NCBI GenBank assembly: GCA_964582295.1
Contig: CAZOQP010000001.1
Location: 84,754-148,753 of the forward strand
DNA: 64,000 nucleotides
Source: an uncultured Candidatus Saccharibacteria bacterium
GTDB lineage: Bacteria; Patescibacteriota; Minisyncoccia; Phycocordibacterales; Zambryskibacteraceae
Direction: 5' to 3'
In this document: piece after piece, positions 55,565 through 64,000 of the stretch
Layout: every line of letters starts with the position of its first letter
How positions within the stretch are numbered: position 1 is the stretch's first letter
The notes under the pieces: model-generated
Seen by the model: the letters and a program-made list of their open reading frames with translations, nothing else
The model's database searches: none
What the model was told of the DNA's origin: nothing
Program-made: the position numbers and the translations under genes

Positions 55565-57715
55565 CTAGATACCGAATCCGTTCTGAATTGCCCACAGTCT
55601 TACACCGTATTCCCATAATCTGAACTGAGGGTCGCCTTGAGGATTTAGTGGGTATGGCCCCCGTGGGTTGTCTTTGTCCACCCAGTAAAGAATTGAATGC
55701 ACTCCACCCGAAAGACTTTCGTTAGGTGAGATTGAAATGTTGGTTCCTGGTATGAACACGGGAGCTGTTGATGTGAAAGATGCAATACCTCCCTGCCATT
55801 GTCCGCGAAGGACGGGCTTTAAGCTTGATGGGTCGTCGCGCACTATTGCCGGGAAAGATTCGTTCGGAAGACGAGAGAGAATGAAATCCATATATGCCCG
55901 CCACATCGGAGCTACAATGAAGCCCGCCACTTTTTTCTCCATTGGAGTGTTGTCGTTGTTGCCGGCCCAGGCGCCCAAAACTACGGACGGAGTGTATCCG
56001 ATTATCCAGGCATCCCTGTAATCGTTGGTAGTTCCTGTTTTCACAGCCACATCCCTGTCCGAAAAATGAAGCGCTGAAGTTTCTCCGAACGCAGGTGCTC
56101 GTGCCACGTTGTCTGAAAGAATGTCTGATATCAAAGATGCAACCTCTTGCGGTATCACCCGGCGGGTTTTTTCTTCATATTTTTCAAGAACGCTTCCGCG
56201 ACCATCCCGCACTTCAATTATGGGAGTCGGATTATTGCGCACACCGCCTGATGCGAACACTCCGTAAGCACCCGTCATTTCAAGAGGAGAAACTTCGCCG
56301 CCTCCAAGTACCAGAGTGAGACCGTATTGTGACGCATCTCCCAAACTTGAAACTCCCATATTGCGTGCAAGGGTCAGAGAGTCTTCAAGCCCTGCAAGAT
56401 ATAAAGTTTTGACGGATGTAATGTTTATTGATTGAGCTAGCGATTCCCGCATGGAGACAGGTCCGCGGAATTTGCCGTCGTAATCAACGGGAGAGTAGCA
56501 GCCGTTCTCGCTTGTGTAATTGTCAGGAGCGCAGGCCGAGGCGAACTGTGTGCGCACGTCAAAAAGCATTGTTTCGGGGGTGTAGCCCTTTATAAAGGCC
56601 TCTGCGTACACGAATGGCTTGAAGGTTGAGCCCGGCTGGCGTTTGGAGGTTGCTACATTGAAATTACCCTGTATGCGGTTGTCAAAATAATCCCGCGAAC
56701 CGATCATGGCGAGTATCTGGCCGCTTCTAGGGTCTATAACCACGAAGGCAGCATTTTCTGCGTTGAAGGTCTTTTCATTTTCCAAAGCGTAATCCCTGGC
56801 TATTTCCTCGCCTCTTTCCTGTATCTCCGCATCAAGTGTCGTAACCACTCTCAATCCCCCTGATTCAAGCACGTCCTCCCCGTATTTTCTTTGAAGATAA
56901 TCAGTTACATAAAAAACAAAGTGGGGTGCACGGATACCAGCTGTTTGTTTTGTTTGGAACTTAACGTCTTCACTCAATGCTTTCTGGTACTCCTCCTCAA
57001 TGATGAAACCGGACTCTTTCATTTCCGCAAGCACCAGATTTTTTCTATCATCAAGTTTGTCGCGGTTTTCTCCGTGCGGCGAATAATAAGTGGGAGCTTG
57101 GGGGATAGCTGAAATATATGCCGCTTCGGCTAGCGTTACATCGGAAGCGTTCTTACCGAAAAAAGATTGTGCGGCTTCTTCCACTCCGTAAATGCTTCCT
57201 CCGTATGGTATTTCATTGAAATAAAGTGTGAGTATCTCGTCCTTTGAGATGGCGCGCTCGAGCTTGAGCGACAAAACTATCTCTTTAAGTTTACGGGTGA
57301 TAGTTTTGTCGCTTGAAAGAAGAACGTTCTTTACCACCTGCTGGGTGATGGTTGAGCCGCCTTGGCTAAATCCGAAAGAAGTGAGGTTCGCAATGACCGC
57401 TCTCATGAAAGAAGAAATGCGTATACCTTTGTGAGTGTAGAAGGCCTTGTCTTCTATTGCTATCGTGCCTCTTTGGATGTAGGGAGATATCTCGGATAGA
57501 GCGACACTGGTACGACGGCTGTTCTTTGAAACGTCATAAAGCAAAACTTCACCGGTGCGGTCGTATATCTTGGTGGACTGCTCTATGCGGCGCGAGACCA
57601 CCCCTTGAAGTGTTGGAAGGGAAAGATTTGAAAGCCAGAAAAGGGAAAGTCCTAGGAAAACGAGGGCCACACTTGCGATCGCGAGGGTGCGCGTCTTTAG
57701 CCGTTTTTTTCTCAT
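55565..57715 (-). CDS. Class A penicillin-binding protein (transglycosylase-transpeptidase)
   Basis: EDK.FY.H.G, GGSTITQQ, RK..E, GSTFKPF (SxxK), SIN, KTGT. Confidence 0.95.
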   Translation of the reverse strand: MRKKRLKTRTLAIASVALVFLGLSLFWLSNLSLPTLQGVVSRRIEQSTKIYDRTGEVLLYDVSKNSRRTSVALSEISPYIQRGTIAIEDKAFYTHKGIRISSFMRAVIANLTSFGFSQGGSTITQQVVKNVLLSSDKTITRKLKEIVLSLKLERAISKDEILTLYFNEIPYGGSIYGVEEAAQSFFGKNASDVTLAEAAYISAIPQAPTYYSPHGENRDKLDDRKNLVLAEMKESGFIIEEEYQKALSEDVKFQTKQTAGIRAPHFVFYVTDYLQRKYGEDVLESGGLRVVTTLDAEIQERGEEIARDYALENEKTFNAENAAFVVIDPRSGQILAMIGSRDYFDNRIQGNFNVATSKRQPGSTFKPFVYAEAFIKGYTPETMLFDVRTQFASACAPDNYTSENGCYSPVDYDGKFRGPVSMRESLAQSINITSVKTLYLAGLEDSLTLARNMGVSSLGDASQYGLTLVLGGGEVSPLEMTGAYGVFASGGVRNNPTPIIEVRDGRGSVLEKYEEKTRRVIPQEVASLISDILSDNVARAPAFGETSALHFSDRDVAVKTGTTNDYRDAWIIGYTPSVVLGAWAGNNDNTPMEKKVAGFIVAPMWRAYMDFILSRLPNESFPAIVRDDPSSLKPVLRGQWQGGIASFTSTAPVFIPGTNISISPNESLSGGVHSILYWVDKDNPRGPYPLNPQGDPQFRLWEYGVRLWAIQNGFGI

Positions 57716-57771
57716 ATAAGCCAATAATACCATTCTGCCGCCGCCATATCCTTTGTGTTAGGATGGAAAGA

Positions 57772-59175
57772 ATGCTGTTAAAAAAGAAAGACGCCGTAGT
57801 GGAGGATCTCCTTTCACGCGGAGTGGAGACTTTTGTTGATCCGGAAGGACTTTTTGAGAAAAAGCTTCTGGAAAACCCCTCGGAACTCGTGATAAAGCTC
57901 GGGGCCGATCCGACAAGGCCGGACCTTCACCTTGGCCACGCAGTCGTCCTACGGAAGCTCCGCCAGCTTCAAGACAGGGGCGCCAGAGTAATATTTGTTC
58001 TCGGCGATTTCACTGCCCGCATAGGCGACCCAACAGGCAAAGATAAAACCAGGCCTGAGCTTACCCATGAACTTATAGAAAAAAATTCGGAAACCTATCG
58101 CAAGCAGGTGGGGAAGATACTTCGTACAGACCCGGAAGTTTTCACTATTATAAAAAACTCGGACTGGTATACCAATATTACAGATATGTCCGCTCCTCCC
58201 GGCACAGCTGTTAAGGTTTCCGTGTCCGGTCCGTCGGGCCAGACGGAAATCCCTTTTGATGCCAACTCTTTTATAGGCAAGGCCATTCTTTATGAAGAAT
58301 CGCGCATGCAGGTGAAGGATCTTAAGATGAAGCAAGGCATCGCCGTCGTAACTCTGCGAACACTTTTTGAAACGCTTCGCCGTATTACTCATGCCCGCCT
58401 TATTGAACGCGATATGTTCGCGGAGCGTCTGGCAAAAGGCGGCGAGCTTTATCTTCATGAAATGCTTTACCCTGTGATGCAGGCCATTGACTCGGCTGTT
58501 ATCCATATGATATTCGGCTCGTGTGATATGGAAATAGGCGGCACCGACCAGACTTTCAACATGCTTCTCGGGCGTGATGTAATGCGTTCAAACGATCAGC
58601 CACCGCAGGCCGTGATGTCCATGCGCATTCTCACAGGATTAGACGGCAAAGAGAAAATGTCTAAAAGCTTGGAAAATTATATTTCGGTTACGGATGAGCC
58701 CAATGATATGTACGGCAAGGTGATGTCAATTCCGGATGCTTTGATGCCCGAATATTTTGAACTGGCCACCTATGCTCCGCGCGCCGTTTTTGAGAAAACT
58801 TTGAACGATCTTTCTTCAGGAAAGCTTCATCCTAAAAAAGCTAAGATGCGCCTCGCACACGAAATCACTTCCATTTATCACGGCGAAGCAGCGGCGGAAA
58901 AAGCCGGAAAATCTTTTTCCGAAACTTTCTCCGAAAAGAAAACCCCTTCGGACATGCCTTCTGTAAAGGCGTCCAAGGGGGCTCTCTTGGGAGAAGTTCT
59001 AAAAAACAACTCTCTCGTGCCGTCGCTCTCCCAGTTCAGGCGGCTTATTTCGCAAGGAGCGGTAGAAGATGTAGAAAAAGGAGAAAAGATATCCGATGCG
59101 GATTACGTTCTCACTCATTCCATAAAACTTCGTATAGGTAAAAAGACTTTCGTATCAGTCGTTGTTGAGGAATAG
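57772..59175 (+). CDS. tyrS: Tyrosine--tRNA ligase with an internal insertion
   Basis: G.DPT.PDLHLGH, IGDPTG, YP.MQ..D, GGTDQ.FN, KMSKS, S4 domain. Confidence 0.96.
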   Translation: MLLKKKDAVVEDLLSRGVETFVDPEGLFEKKLLENPSELVIKLGADPTRPDLHLGHAVVLRKLRQLQDRGARVIFVLGDFTARIGDPTGKDKTRPELTHELIEKNSETYRKQVGKILRTDPEVFTIIKNSDWYTNITDMSAPPGTAVKVSVSGPSGQTEIPFDANSFIGKAILYEESRMQVKDLKMKQGIAVVTLRTLFETLRRITHARLIERDMFAERLAKGGELYLHEMLYPVMQAIDSAVIHMIFGSCDMEIGGTDQTFNMLLGRDVMRSNDQPPQAVMSMRILTGLDGKEKMSKSLENYISVTDEPNDMYGKVMSIPDALMPEYFELATYAPRAVFEKTLNDLSSGKLHPKKAKMRLAHEITSIYHGEAAAEKAGKSFSETFSEKKTPSDMPSVKASKGALLGEVLKNNSLVPSLSQFRRLISQGAVEDVEKGEKISDADYVLTHSIKLRIGKKTFVSVVVEE

Positions 59176-59179
59176 CTTC

Positions 59180-59383
59180 CTATACCTCGTCTTCGTCCTT
59201 GCCGAAGCCGTGGCCGAACTGGTCTTTCTCATCATCGTCATCCTCTTCATCAAGCTCTTTCGCGATGACTTCGTCTATATCAACAATCTCCGGGTCATCA
59301 AGGTCGCCCGGTAGGACCTCATCGGCTTCTTCCTCTTCCTCCTCTTCTTCTGCCTGAAATTCTGGTATATCGTTGTCGCTCAT
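59180..59383 (-). CDS. Small very acidic protein (67 aa)
   Basis: MSDNDIPEFQAEEEEEEEEADE...; A-rich region upstream of the start. Confidence 0.6.
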   Translation of the reverse strand: MSDNDIPEFQAEEEEEEEEADEVLPGDLDDPEIVDIDEVIAKELDEEDDDDEKDQFGHGFGKDEDEV

Positions 59384-59470
59384 ATTTTTATTTTTAAGGG
59401 TTTCCCCGTACGCCATTTGTATCAAACGAGTACCATTTTGCAATAGAGATAAAGAGGGGGTGTGGATTAC

Positions 59471-59576
59471 GTCGCTCGGAGTGATGACGAAAAGAGTACG
59501 CATAAAAATCTGCTGATTTTTTGCTCACCCTCGCGCCGTCGCGCTGCACAGCCTCTTTTCGTCATCGCCCCTCGCT
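59471..59576 (+). repeat. Modular hairpin repeat, inner module
   Basis: 104/106 identity to 34495-34600 by eye. Confidence 0.9.
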
Positions 59577-59591
59577 CCTTGAGAATTTTAA

Positions 59592-59742
59592 AGCGAAGCC
59601 AACAACATCTTTCATACTAGAGCTATTTAGAGTGAGAGAGTCCCACTAAAAGAGACTAAGACCCGGGGCACGCCCCGGAGTGGTCTCTTTTAGTGGGACT
59701 CCCGAACGACTGCTGTTTGAAAGATACTGTTGGCTGAGCGAC
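59592..59742 (-). repeat. Modular hairpin repeat, full copy, inverted
   Basis: Same linkers as 34463-34639 but different, still-pairing stems; begins immediately after the ruvC stop. Confidence 0.88.
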
Positions 59743-60228
59743 TTACCTAGCACACGCACTGTGGGTCAAGGCAACTGCAATAGCATCGTATTCATCATCA
59801 AGGCGTTTCTTTTTGGTGTCTGGCATTTTTATCATGCGCGGAATGAGAGCCATCATCTGGTGCTTGTCCGCTTTGCCGTAGCCTGTGAGACCTATTTTTA
59901 CTTCCTGCGGAGAATATTCAAATACCGGAAGTCCTGCTTCTGCTGCAGCTGCGATGATGACCCCTCTTGCTTCAGCCACTTTCAAAGCGCTGGTGGTGCT
60001 TTGATTGAAAAACATCTTTTCTATACATAGCACCTTCGGCTCAAATTCTTTAATCGTTTTTTTTATTTCGCGCGCTATCTGCCCCAAGCGCTCCGCGTGC
60101 GTATCTTTTCTGTTCGTCACGATGCAGAATGAATGAAGGAGTGTTTCCTTGCTTCGTGCGCCTTCTATTATGGCAACACCTACTCGATCAAAACCCGGAT
60201 CTATTCCGATAATTCTATTCTCCCGCAT
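59743..60228 (-). CDS. ruvC: Holliday junction resolvase
   Basis: IIGIDPG, IE..FF, EARG, EY.P..VK...G.G.ADK, DD..DA.A.A. Confidence 0.96.
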   Translation of the reverse strand: MRENRIIGIDPGFDRVGVAIIEGARSKETLLHSFCIVTNRKDTHAERLGQIAREIKKTIKEFEPKVLCIEKMFFNQSTTSALKVAEARGVIIAAAAEAGLPVFEYSPQEVKIGLTGYGKADKHQMMALIPRMIKMPDTKKKRLDDEYDAIAVALTHSACAR

Positions 60229-60748
60229 TGGTGTAAACATCCTGAACGTCATCAAGTTCATCCAAATCCCCGATAAGAGTTTCAAGTACACTTTTATCCG
60301 TATCAGATAAAGGCACTGTCATAGTGGGGGAATATCCGTCTTCTCCTTTTGAAAATGCCCAGGCCGCAGAGCCCGGTGCCGCTAATTCAAAACCATTTTT
60401 TGAAAGGGCATGTTTCACTTCCTGCGCCGCGCGATTGCGATTATCTGTAAGTGCCTCTATTAAAATTGCGCATCCTCCTGGGCCATACGCCTCGTACACC
60501 ACTCCTTCCAGATTGTCGCTTTCGCCTCCAGCGCCTTTCTTCACCGCGCGGTCAATATTATCATTCGGCATGTTCTCGGCCTTTGCGCGCTCAATGACTG
60601 CTTTAAGAGACGGAGAATTCACATTGCCAACCACCTTTTTGGACTCCAGTGCGATAAGTCGCGCGTATTTCCCGAAAATCTTGGATTTCTGCCCATCCGT
60701 GACGGCTTTCCTATTCTTTATTTTTGACCACTTATTATGTCCGGACAT
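60215..60748 (-). CDS. yebC: YebC/PmpR-family protein (short form)
   Basis: MSGHNKWSKIK, NMP.DNI.RA, YE.YGPGG, TDN.NR, LDDVQ.VY.N. Confidence 0.95.
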   Translation of the reverse strand: MSGHNKWSKIKNRKAVTDGQKSKIFGKYARLIALESKKVVGNVNSPSLKAVIERAKAENMPNDNIDRAVKKGAGGESDNLEGVVYEAYGPGGCAILIEALTDNRNRAAQEVKHALSKNGFELAAPGSAAWAFSKGEDGYSPTMTVPLSDTDKSVLETLIGDLDELDDVQDVYTNAGE

Positions 60749-60752
60749 ATTT

Positions 60753-61793
60753 TTATAAAAGTTTTCCAGGCCTAGTTTTAACTCCGTGTTTTTTCATATG
60801 CTCTTCGGCGGCAGATGTGGCCGCCCGGCCGCGCGGCGTGCGTTCAATGAATCCTATTTGCAGAAGATATGGCTCATTGAATTCTTCAATAGCATCTTCA
60901 TCTTCAGAAAGTGCGGCTGCGATGGTGCCAAGTCCCACAGGCCCGCCCGAGAATTTTTCTATGATCGCTGAAAGCAATTGGCGGTCGGAAGGAAAAAGCC
61001 CTCTGTCGTCAACACCAAGCATTAAAAGGGCGCCGTGAACAGTTTCTTCAGAAACCGGCATTTCTTTAACCTGTGCAAAATCGCGCACTCTTTTCAAAAG
61101 ATAATTCGCCGTTCTTGGAGTGAAGCGGCTTCTGCCCGCCACTATTTGCGCCGCTTTTTCAGGAATGGTGAGCCCGAGAATTTTTGCCGAACGCGAAACG
61201 ATGCGCGCTATCTCTTCTTCGGTATAAAAATCCAGACGGAAAACTCCTCCTGAAAAACGACTGCGAAGGGGAGAGGAAACCATGGCGATACGCGTGGTGG
61301 CGCCGATAAGAGTGAAAGGGGGCAGTGGAAGCTCTATCGTGCGTGCTGAAGGGCCTTTGCCTATCACGATATCAAGAGAGCCAGATTCCATTGCCGGATA
61401 AAGAACTTCCTCAATGGTTTTATTGAGGCGGTGTATCTCATCTATGAAAAGTATTTCTCCAGGCGTGAGATTGGTAAGGATAGAAGCGAGGTCGGCTACG
61501 CGCTCAATTGCGGGGCCAGAGGTAGCGCGCATGGAAGCGCCAGTCTCCTTTGCCACTAGATGGGCAAGGGTGGTTTTTCCGAGGCCGGGGGGGCCATAAA
61601 AAAGCAGGTGTTCCGGCGGGTGGTTTCGCTGTTTTGCGGCTGTCAGGAGAACGGAGAGGTTTTCCTTGAGATTTTCCTGGCCTACGTAGTCTGCAAAGGT
61701 GTCGGGGCGTAGTTCCGCATCAATACGCTGGATATCCTCCGGGGAAACATCCGGAATAGGCGTAAAAGGGGTCTTTGATTTGGCACTTGACAT
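60753..61793 (-). CDS. ruvB: Holliday junction branch-migration helicase
   Basis: LRP.....YVGQ, GPPGLGKTTLA, FIDEIHRL, LYPAME, EPYL, RTPRGR. Confidence 0.97.
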   Translation of the reverse strand: MSSAKSKTPFTPIPDVSPEDIQRIDAELRPDTFADYVGQENLKENLSVLLTAAKQRNHPPEHLLFYGPPGLGKTTLAHLVAKETGASMRATSGPAIERVADLASILTNLTPGEILFIDEIHRLNKTIEEVLYPAMESGSLDIVIGKGPSARTIELPLPPFTLIGATTRIAMVSSPLRSRFSGGVFRLDFYTEEEIARIVSRSAKILGLTIPEKAAQIVAGRSRFTPRTANYLLKRVRDFAQVKEMPVSEETVHGALLMLGVDDRGLFPSDRQLLSAIIEKFSGGPVGLGTIAAALSEDEDAIEEFNEPYLLQIGFIERTPRGRAATSAAEEHMKKHGVKTRPGKLL

Positions 61794-61821
61794 ATAAAGG
61801 GCGTTATGATAGTATATAAAA

Positions 61822-62124
61822 AGCGCAGTATTTGAGCAAGTTCTCTAAAGCCCCGAAAGCCGATCTATGAATCGAGGGCATAAATTTCCCAAGCAACGTC
61901 CCGCTCCGGCGGGGTTAAGAGTCTTGACGAGGATGTTTCTGGTTACCCTTGTGGTCTCTGGTTCTCTCCTTAGTGAAGCTAGTAGCTTTTTGAAGGAATT
62001 TGGAAAGTGCTGCTTGGGAAATTTATACTCTTGATCTATCTCTCATTATTCATGCCCCGTTTACTCGTGCAATAGTTTTTCTGAAGAAAACACACATTTG
62101 GCTTCACTGCCAAATGTGTGTTTT
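61822..62124 (+). ncRNA. Candidate structured RNA or MITE-like element closed by a 16-bp inverted repeat
   Basis: TTGACA(61787)-17-TAGTAT upstream; inverted repeat 61880-61895/62011-62026; internal hairpins; terminator 62087-62124. Confidence 0.4.
62087..62124. terminator. Bidirectional terminator
   Basis: aaaacacacatttggc/gccaaatgtgtgtttt. Confidence 0.75.
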
Positions 62125-62127
62125 CTT

Positions 62128-63855
62128 TTACTCAATCGCGAATTTACTGAGGTCCACTACGCGCTCAAGCTCGGAGAGGGAAGTGCGGCCCTGAAGGACT
62201 TTCAAAATACCGTCTTCAGGAAGAGAAAGTATCTTCTGGGGGCGGGCCGCATCGGCTATTTCCCTTTCGCTCGGATTGTCCCTCACCGCTTTTTCTATCG
62301 TTTCATCCATGATGATGCCTTCATATATGCCGATGCGGCCCTTGTAGCCAGTATGATTGCACGCGGCGCACCCTTCTCCCGGCTCAAATGCTTTGTCTGT
62401 CGCAACGCCTTCAAAAAAGCTTTTATCAGGCACTCCCGCAATTACTTTCTCCACCATTTTTTTCTGAACACCTTCCAAAGTCACTTCTTTCCTGCATTCC
62501 GTGCAAAGAGTTCTCACTAATCTCTGAGCGATAGCTATGTTTATTGCAGAAGAAAGAATTTTCGGATTAATACCAAGATCTATAAGGCGCGGGAAAGTGC
62601 CCGCAGCATCATTTGTATGCAAAGTGGAAAAAACGAGGTGACCAGTGAGCGCCGAGTTTATGGCGATCTCCGCGGTTTCTTCATCACGAATTTCTCCGAC
62701 CATTATCACGTCCGGGTCTTGGCGAAGGGCGCTTCTCAAGCCCTCGGCAAAGGTGTATCCGGTGTCTGTATTGGTCTGGGTCTGCACGATGCCAGGCAGG
62801 TGATATTCAATAGGGTTTTCAATGGTTATTATTTTCACGCCGGGCGCATGTATTTTTTTGAGGAATGCATAAAGGGTAGTGGTTTTTCCGGAGCCAGTAG
62901 GGCCTGTTGTGAGTATCATCCCGTTCGGTTTAGCTATCTCTTTCATTAAAATATCCAGGAGATGCGGATGAATGCCGAGATTTTCAAGAGACACCGAGAT
63001 GGAGCGAGGGTTAAGTACGCGAAGAACTATTGATTCAAAATATGCGCCCGGCAAAAGGGAAGTTCGTATCTCTATATCCCCCTCGGGAAGTTTTATGGAA
63101 AAGCGCCCGTCTTGGGATGAACCCACATTAAGTTTCAGATTTGAAATAAGTTTCACCCGTGAGACCAAAAGCTTGTATGTGTCGCGGTCAAAGGTCAGAA
63201 CGTCCTGCAAAACCCCGTCCAGGCGGTAACGCAGGCGCACATAATCTTCCTCGGGCTCCAGGTGAACGTCGGATGCGTTCAAAGCGAGCGCTCCTGCAAT
63301 GATAATCTCCAAAATGCGGGAGATGCGATAGCTTTTTTTTGCGGATAGGACCGTTTGTATGAGCTCTGTAATATCTTTCAGAGTTGAAGTTTTTTTCAGA
63401 AGGTCGGTTATCTCTTCGTTTGAAATATCAAGCGCTCCGGAATGCGTTTCAAAAGAATATGAAAGATCTTTATACCTGTCCCACACTTTGTTCATGCTCT
63501 GATGCGAGACCATAAAAAGGGTAGGGGCGTATCCTTCTTTCTTCAGGTTTTCTATCGCCTCAAGTGTTTTAGGATTATTGGGCGAGATAATGGCGACATC
63601 CAGTTTTTTATCAACTTCGTTGAAAACGGCAATATCCGCTTCCCGTGCCGCATCTTCATGAATGAGGCGGAGCGCGTCTATATTTATTGGCTGAAGTGAA
63701 AGATCTAAATATCCGAGGCCATATTTTTGGGCAAGAACCCGCGCGAGTTCCTCCTCCTCGTGTTTTTTTAGGTCTTCCACGCGGCGAAGCTGTTTTTCCT
63801 CCGGAAATTGAGCGTGGCCGTCGCCAGAATTAGTTGACTGGTCGTTATCTGACAT
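62128..63855 (-). CDS. pilB: Type IV pilus assembly ATPase PilB/GspE (canonical motifs)
   Basis: ASDVHLEP, GPTGSGKTT, LRQDPDVIMVGEIRD, GHLVFSTLHTND, CxxC...CxxC zinc site. Confidence 0.92.
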   Translation of the reverse strand: MSDNDQSTNSGDGHAQFPEEKQLRRVEDLKKHEEEELARVLAQKYGLGYLDLSLQPINIDALRLIHEDAAREADIAVFNEVDKKLDVAIISPNNPKTLEAIENLKKEGYAPTLFMVSHQSMNKVWDRYKDLSYSFETHSGALDISNEEITDLLKKTSTLKDITELIQTVLSAKKSYRISRILEIIIAGALALNASDVHLEPEEDYVRLRYRLDGVLQDVLTFDRDTYKLLVSRVKLISNLKLNVGSSQDGRFSIKLPEGDIEIRTSLLPGAYFESIVLRVLNPRSISVSLENLGIHPHLLDILMKEIAKPNGMILTTGPTGSGKTTTLYAFLKKIHAPGVKIITIENPIEYHLPGIVQTQTNTDTGYTFAEGLRSALRQDPDVIMVGEIRDEETAEIAINSALTGHLVFSTLHTNDAAGTFPRLIDLGINPKILSSAINIAIAQRLVRTLCTECRKEVTLEGVQKKMVEKVIAGVPDKSFFEGVATDKAFEPGEGCAACNHTGYKGRIGIYEGIIMDETIEKAVRDNPSEREIADAARPQKILSLPEDGILKVLQGRTSLSELERVVDLSKFAIE

Positions 63856-63920
63856 ACGGAAATTGTAACATGCAAAAAACGCCCATTTTCAGGGTTATTT
63901 TAGGTATCCGGAGGGTCTAC

Positions 63921-63949
63921 TTGACAAACAGTCTGAATGGGTGTATAAT
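63921..63949 (+). promoter_or_regulatory. Consensus sigma70 promoter for a gene beyond the window
   Basis: TTGACA-17-TATAAT. Confidence 0.8.
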
Positions 63950-64000
63950 GGAAAAAGATACAGGATAAGGTAAACAATCTACCTACGGAGGGCGCCATGC

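Noticed and set aside
57457-57771. Long N-terminal extensions called for tyrS (also dnaA, tpiA, the pilin and ruvC)
   Set aside because: They overlap neighbouring genes or promoters; downstream ATGs match the family N-termini
1-64000. CRISPR array, cas genes, reverse transcriptase or DGR template/variable repeats
   Set aside because: No regularly spaced direct repeats, no RT or Cas ORF, and no repeat pair with adenine-specific mismatches seen
1-64000. Alternative genetic code (TGA=Gly, as in Gracilibacteria/Absconditabacteria)
   Set aside because: Core genes are full length in code 11, and comM and dnaA end at TGA in the expected place

Overview
This 64 kb window looks like the origin-proximal chromosome of a Patescibacteria (CPR, Parcubacteria-like) bacterium. 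The assignment is inferred from gene content and compact protein variants; the code is standard 11, with TGA used as stop. Core content: pgk (partial), tpiA, nusA, tig, rsmE, clpP, rny, HU, six tRNAs without encoded CCA beside a CCA-adding enzyme, yraN, xth, xer, rpsO, comM, pcrA, rsmA, yidC-rnpA-rpmH-dnaA-oriC-dnaN, a class A PBP, tyrS, ruvC-yebC-ruvB, two PilB/GspE paralogues and a VirB4/PrgI/VirB6/pilin T4SS-like locus. Best leads: (1) a histidine-themed island at 6.6-13.9 kb. It combines tRNA-His (no encoded G-1), HisRS and histidine ammonia-lyase with four base/riboside/ribotide-interconverting folds (PRTase, LOG/SLOG, PfkB, HAD) and a GNAT behind a possible attenuator. (2) A modular nested-hairpin repeat family at about 1.35, 34.5 and 59.5 kb, with conserved GTCGCTCRG/CYTCGCT linkers, fully covarying stems and insertion right behind stop codons. 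(3) Two promoter- and terminator-bounded structured ncRNA candidates at about 25.7 and 61.9 kb. (4) A probable pseudo-ATPase PilB, a pilin fused to an M15-type peptidase, a parS cluster inside yraN/cca, and widespread leaderless gene starts. All calls come from motif reading by eye; no database search was run.
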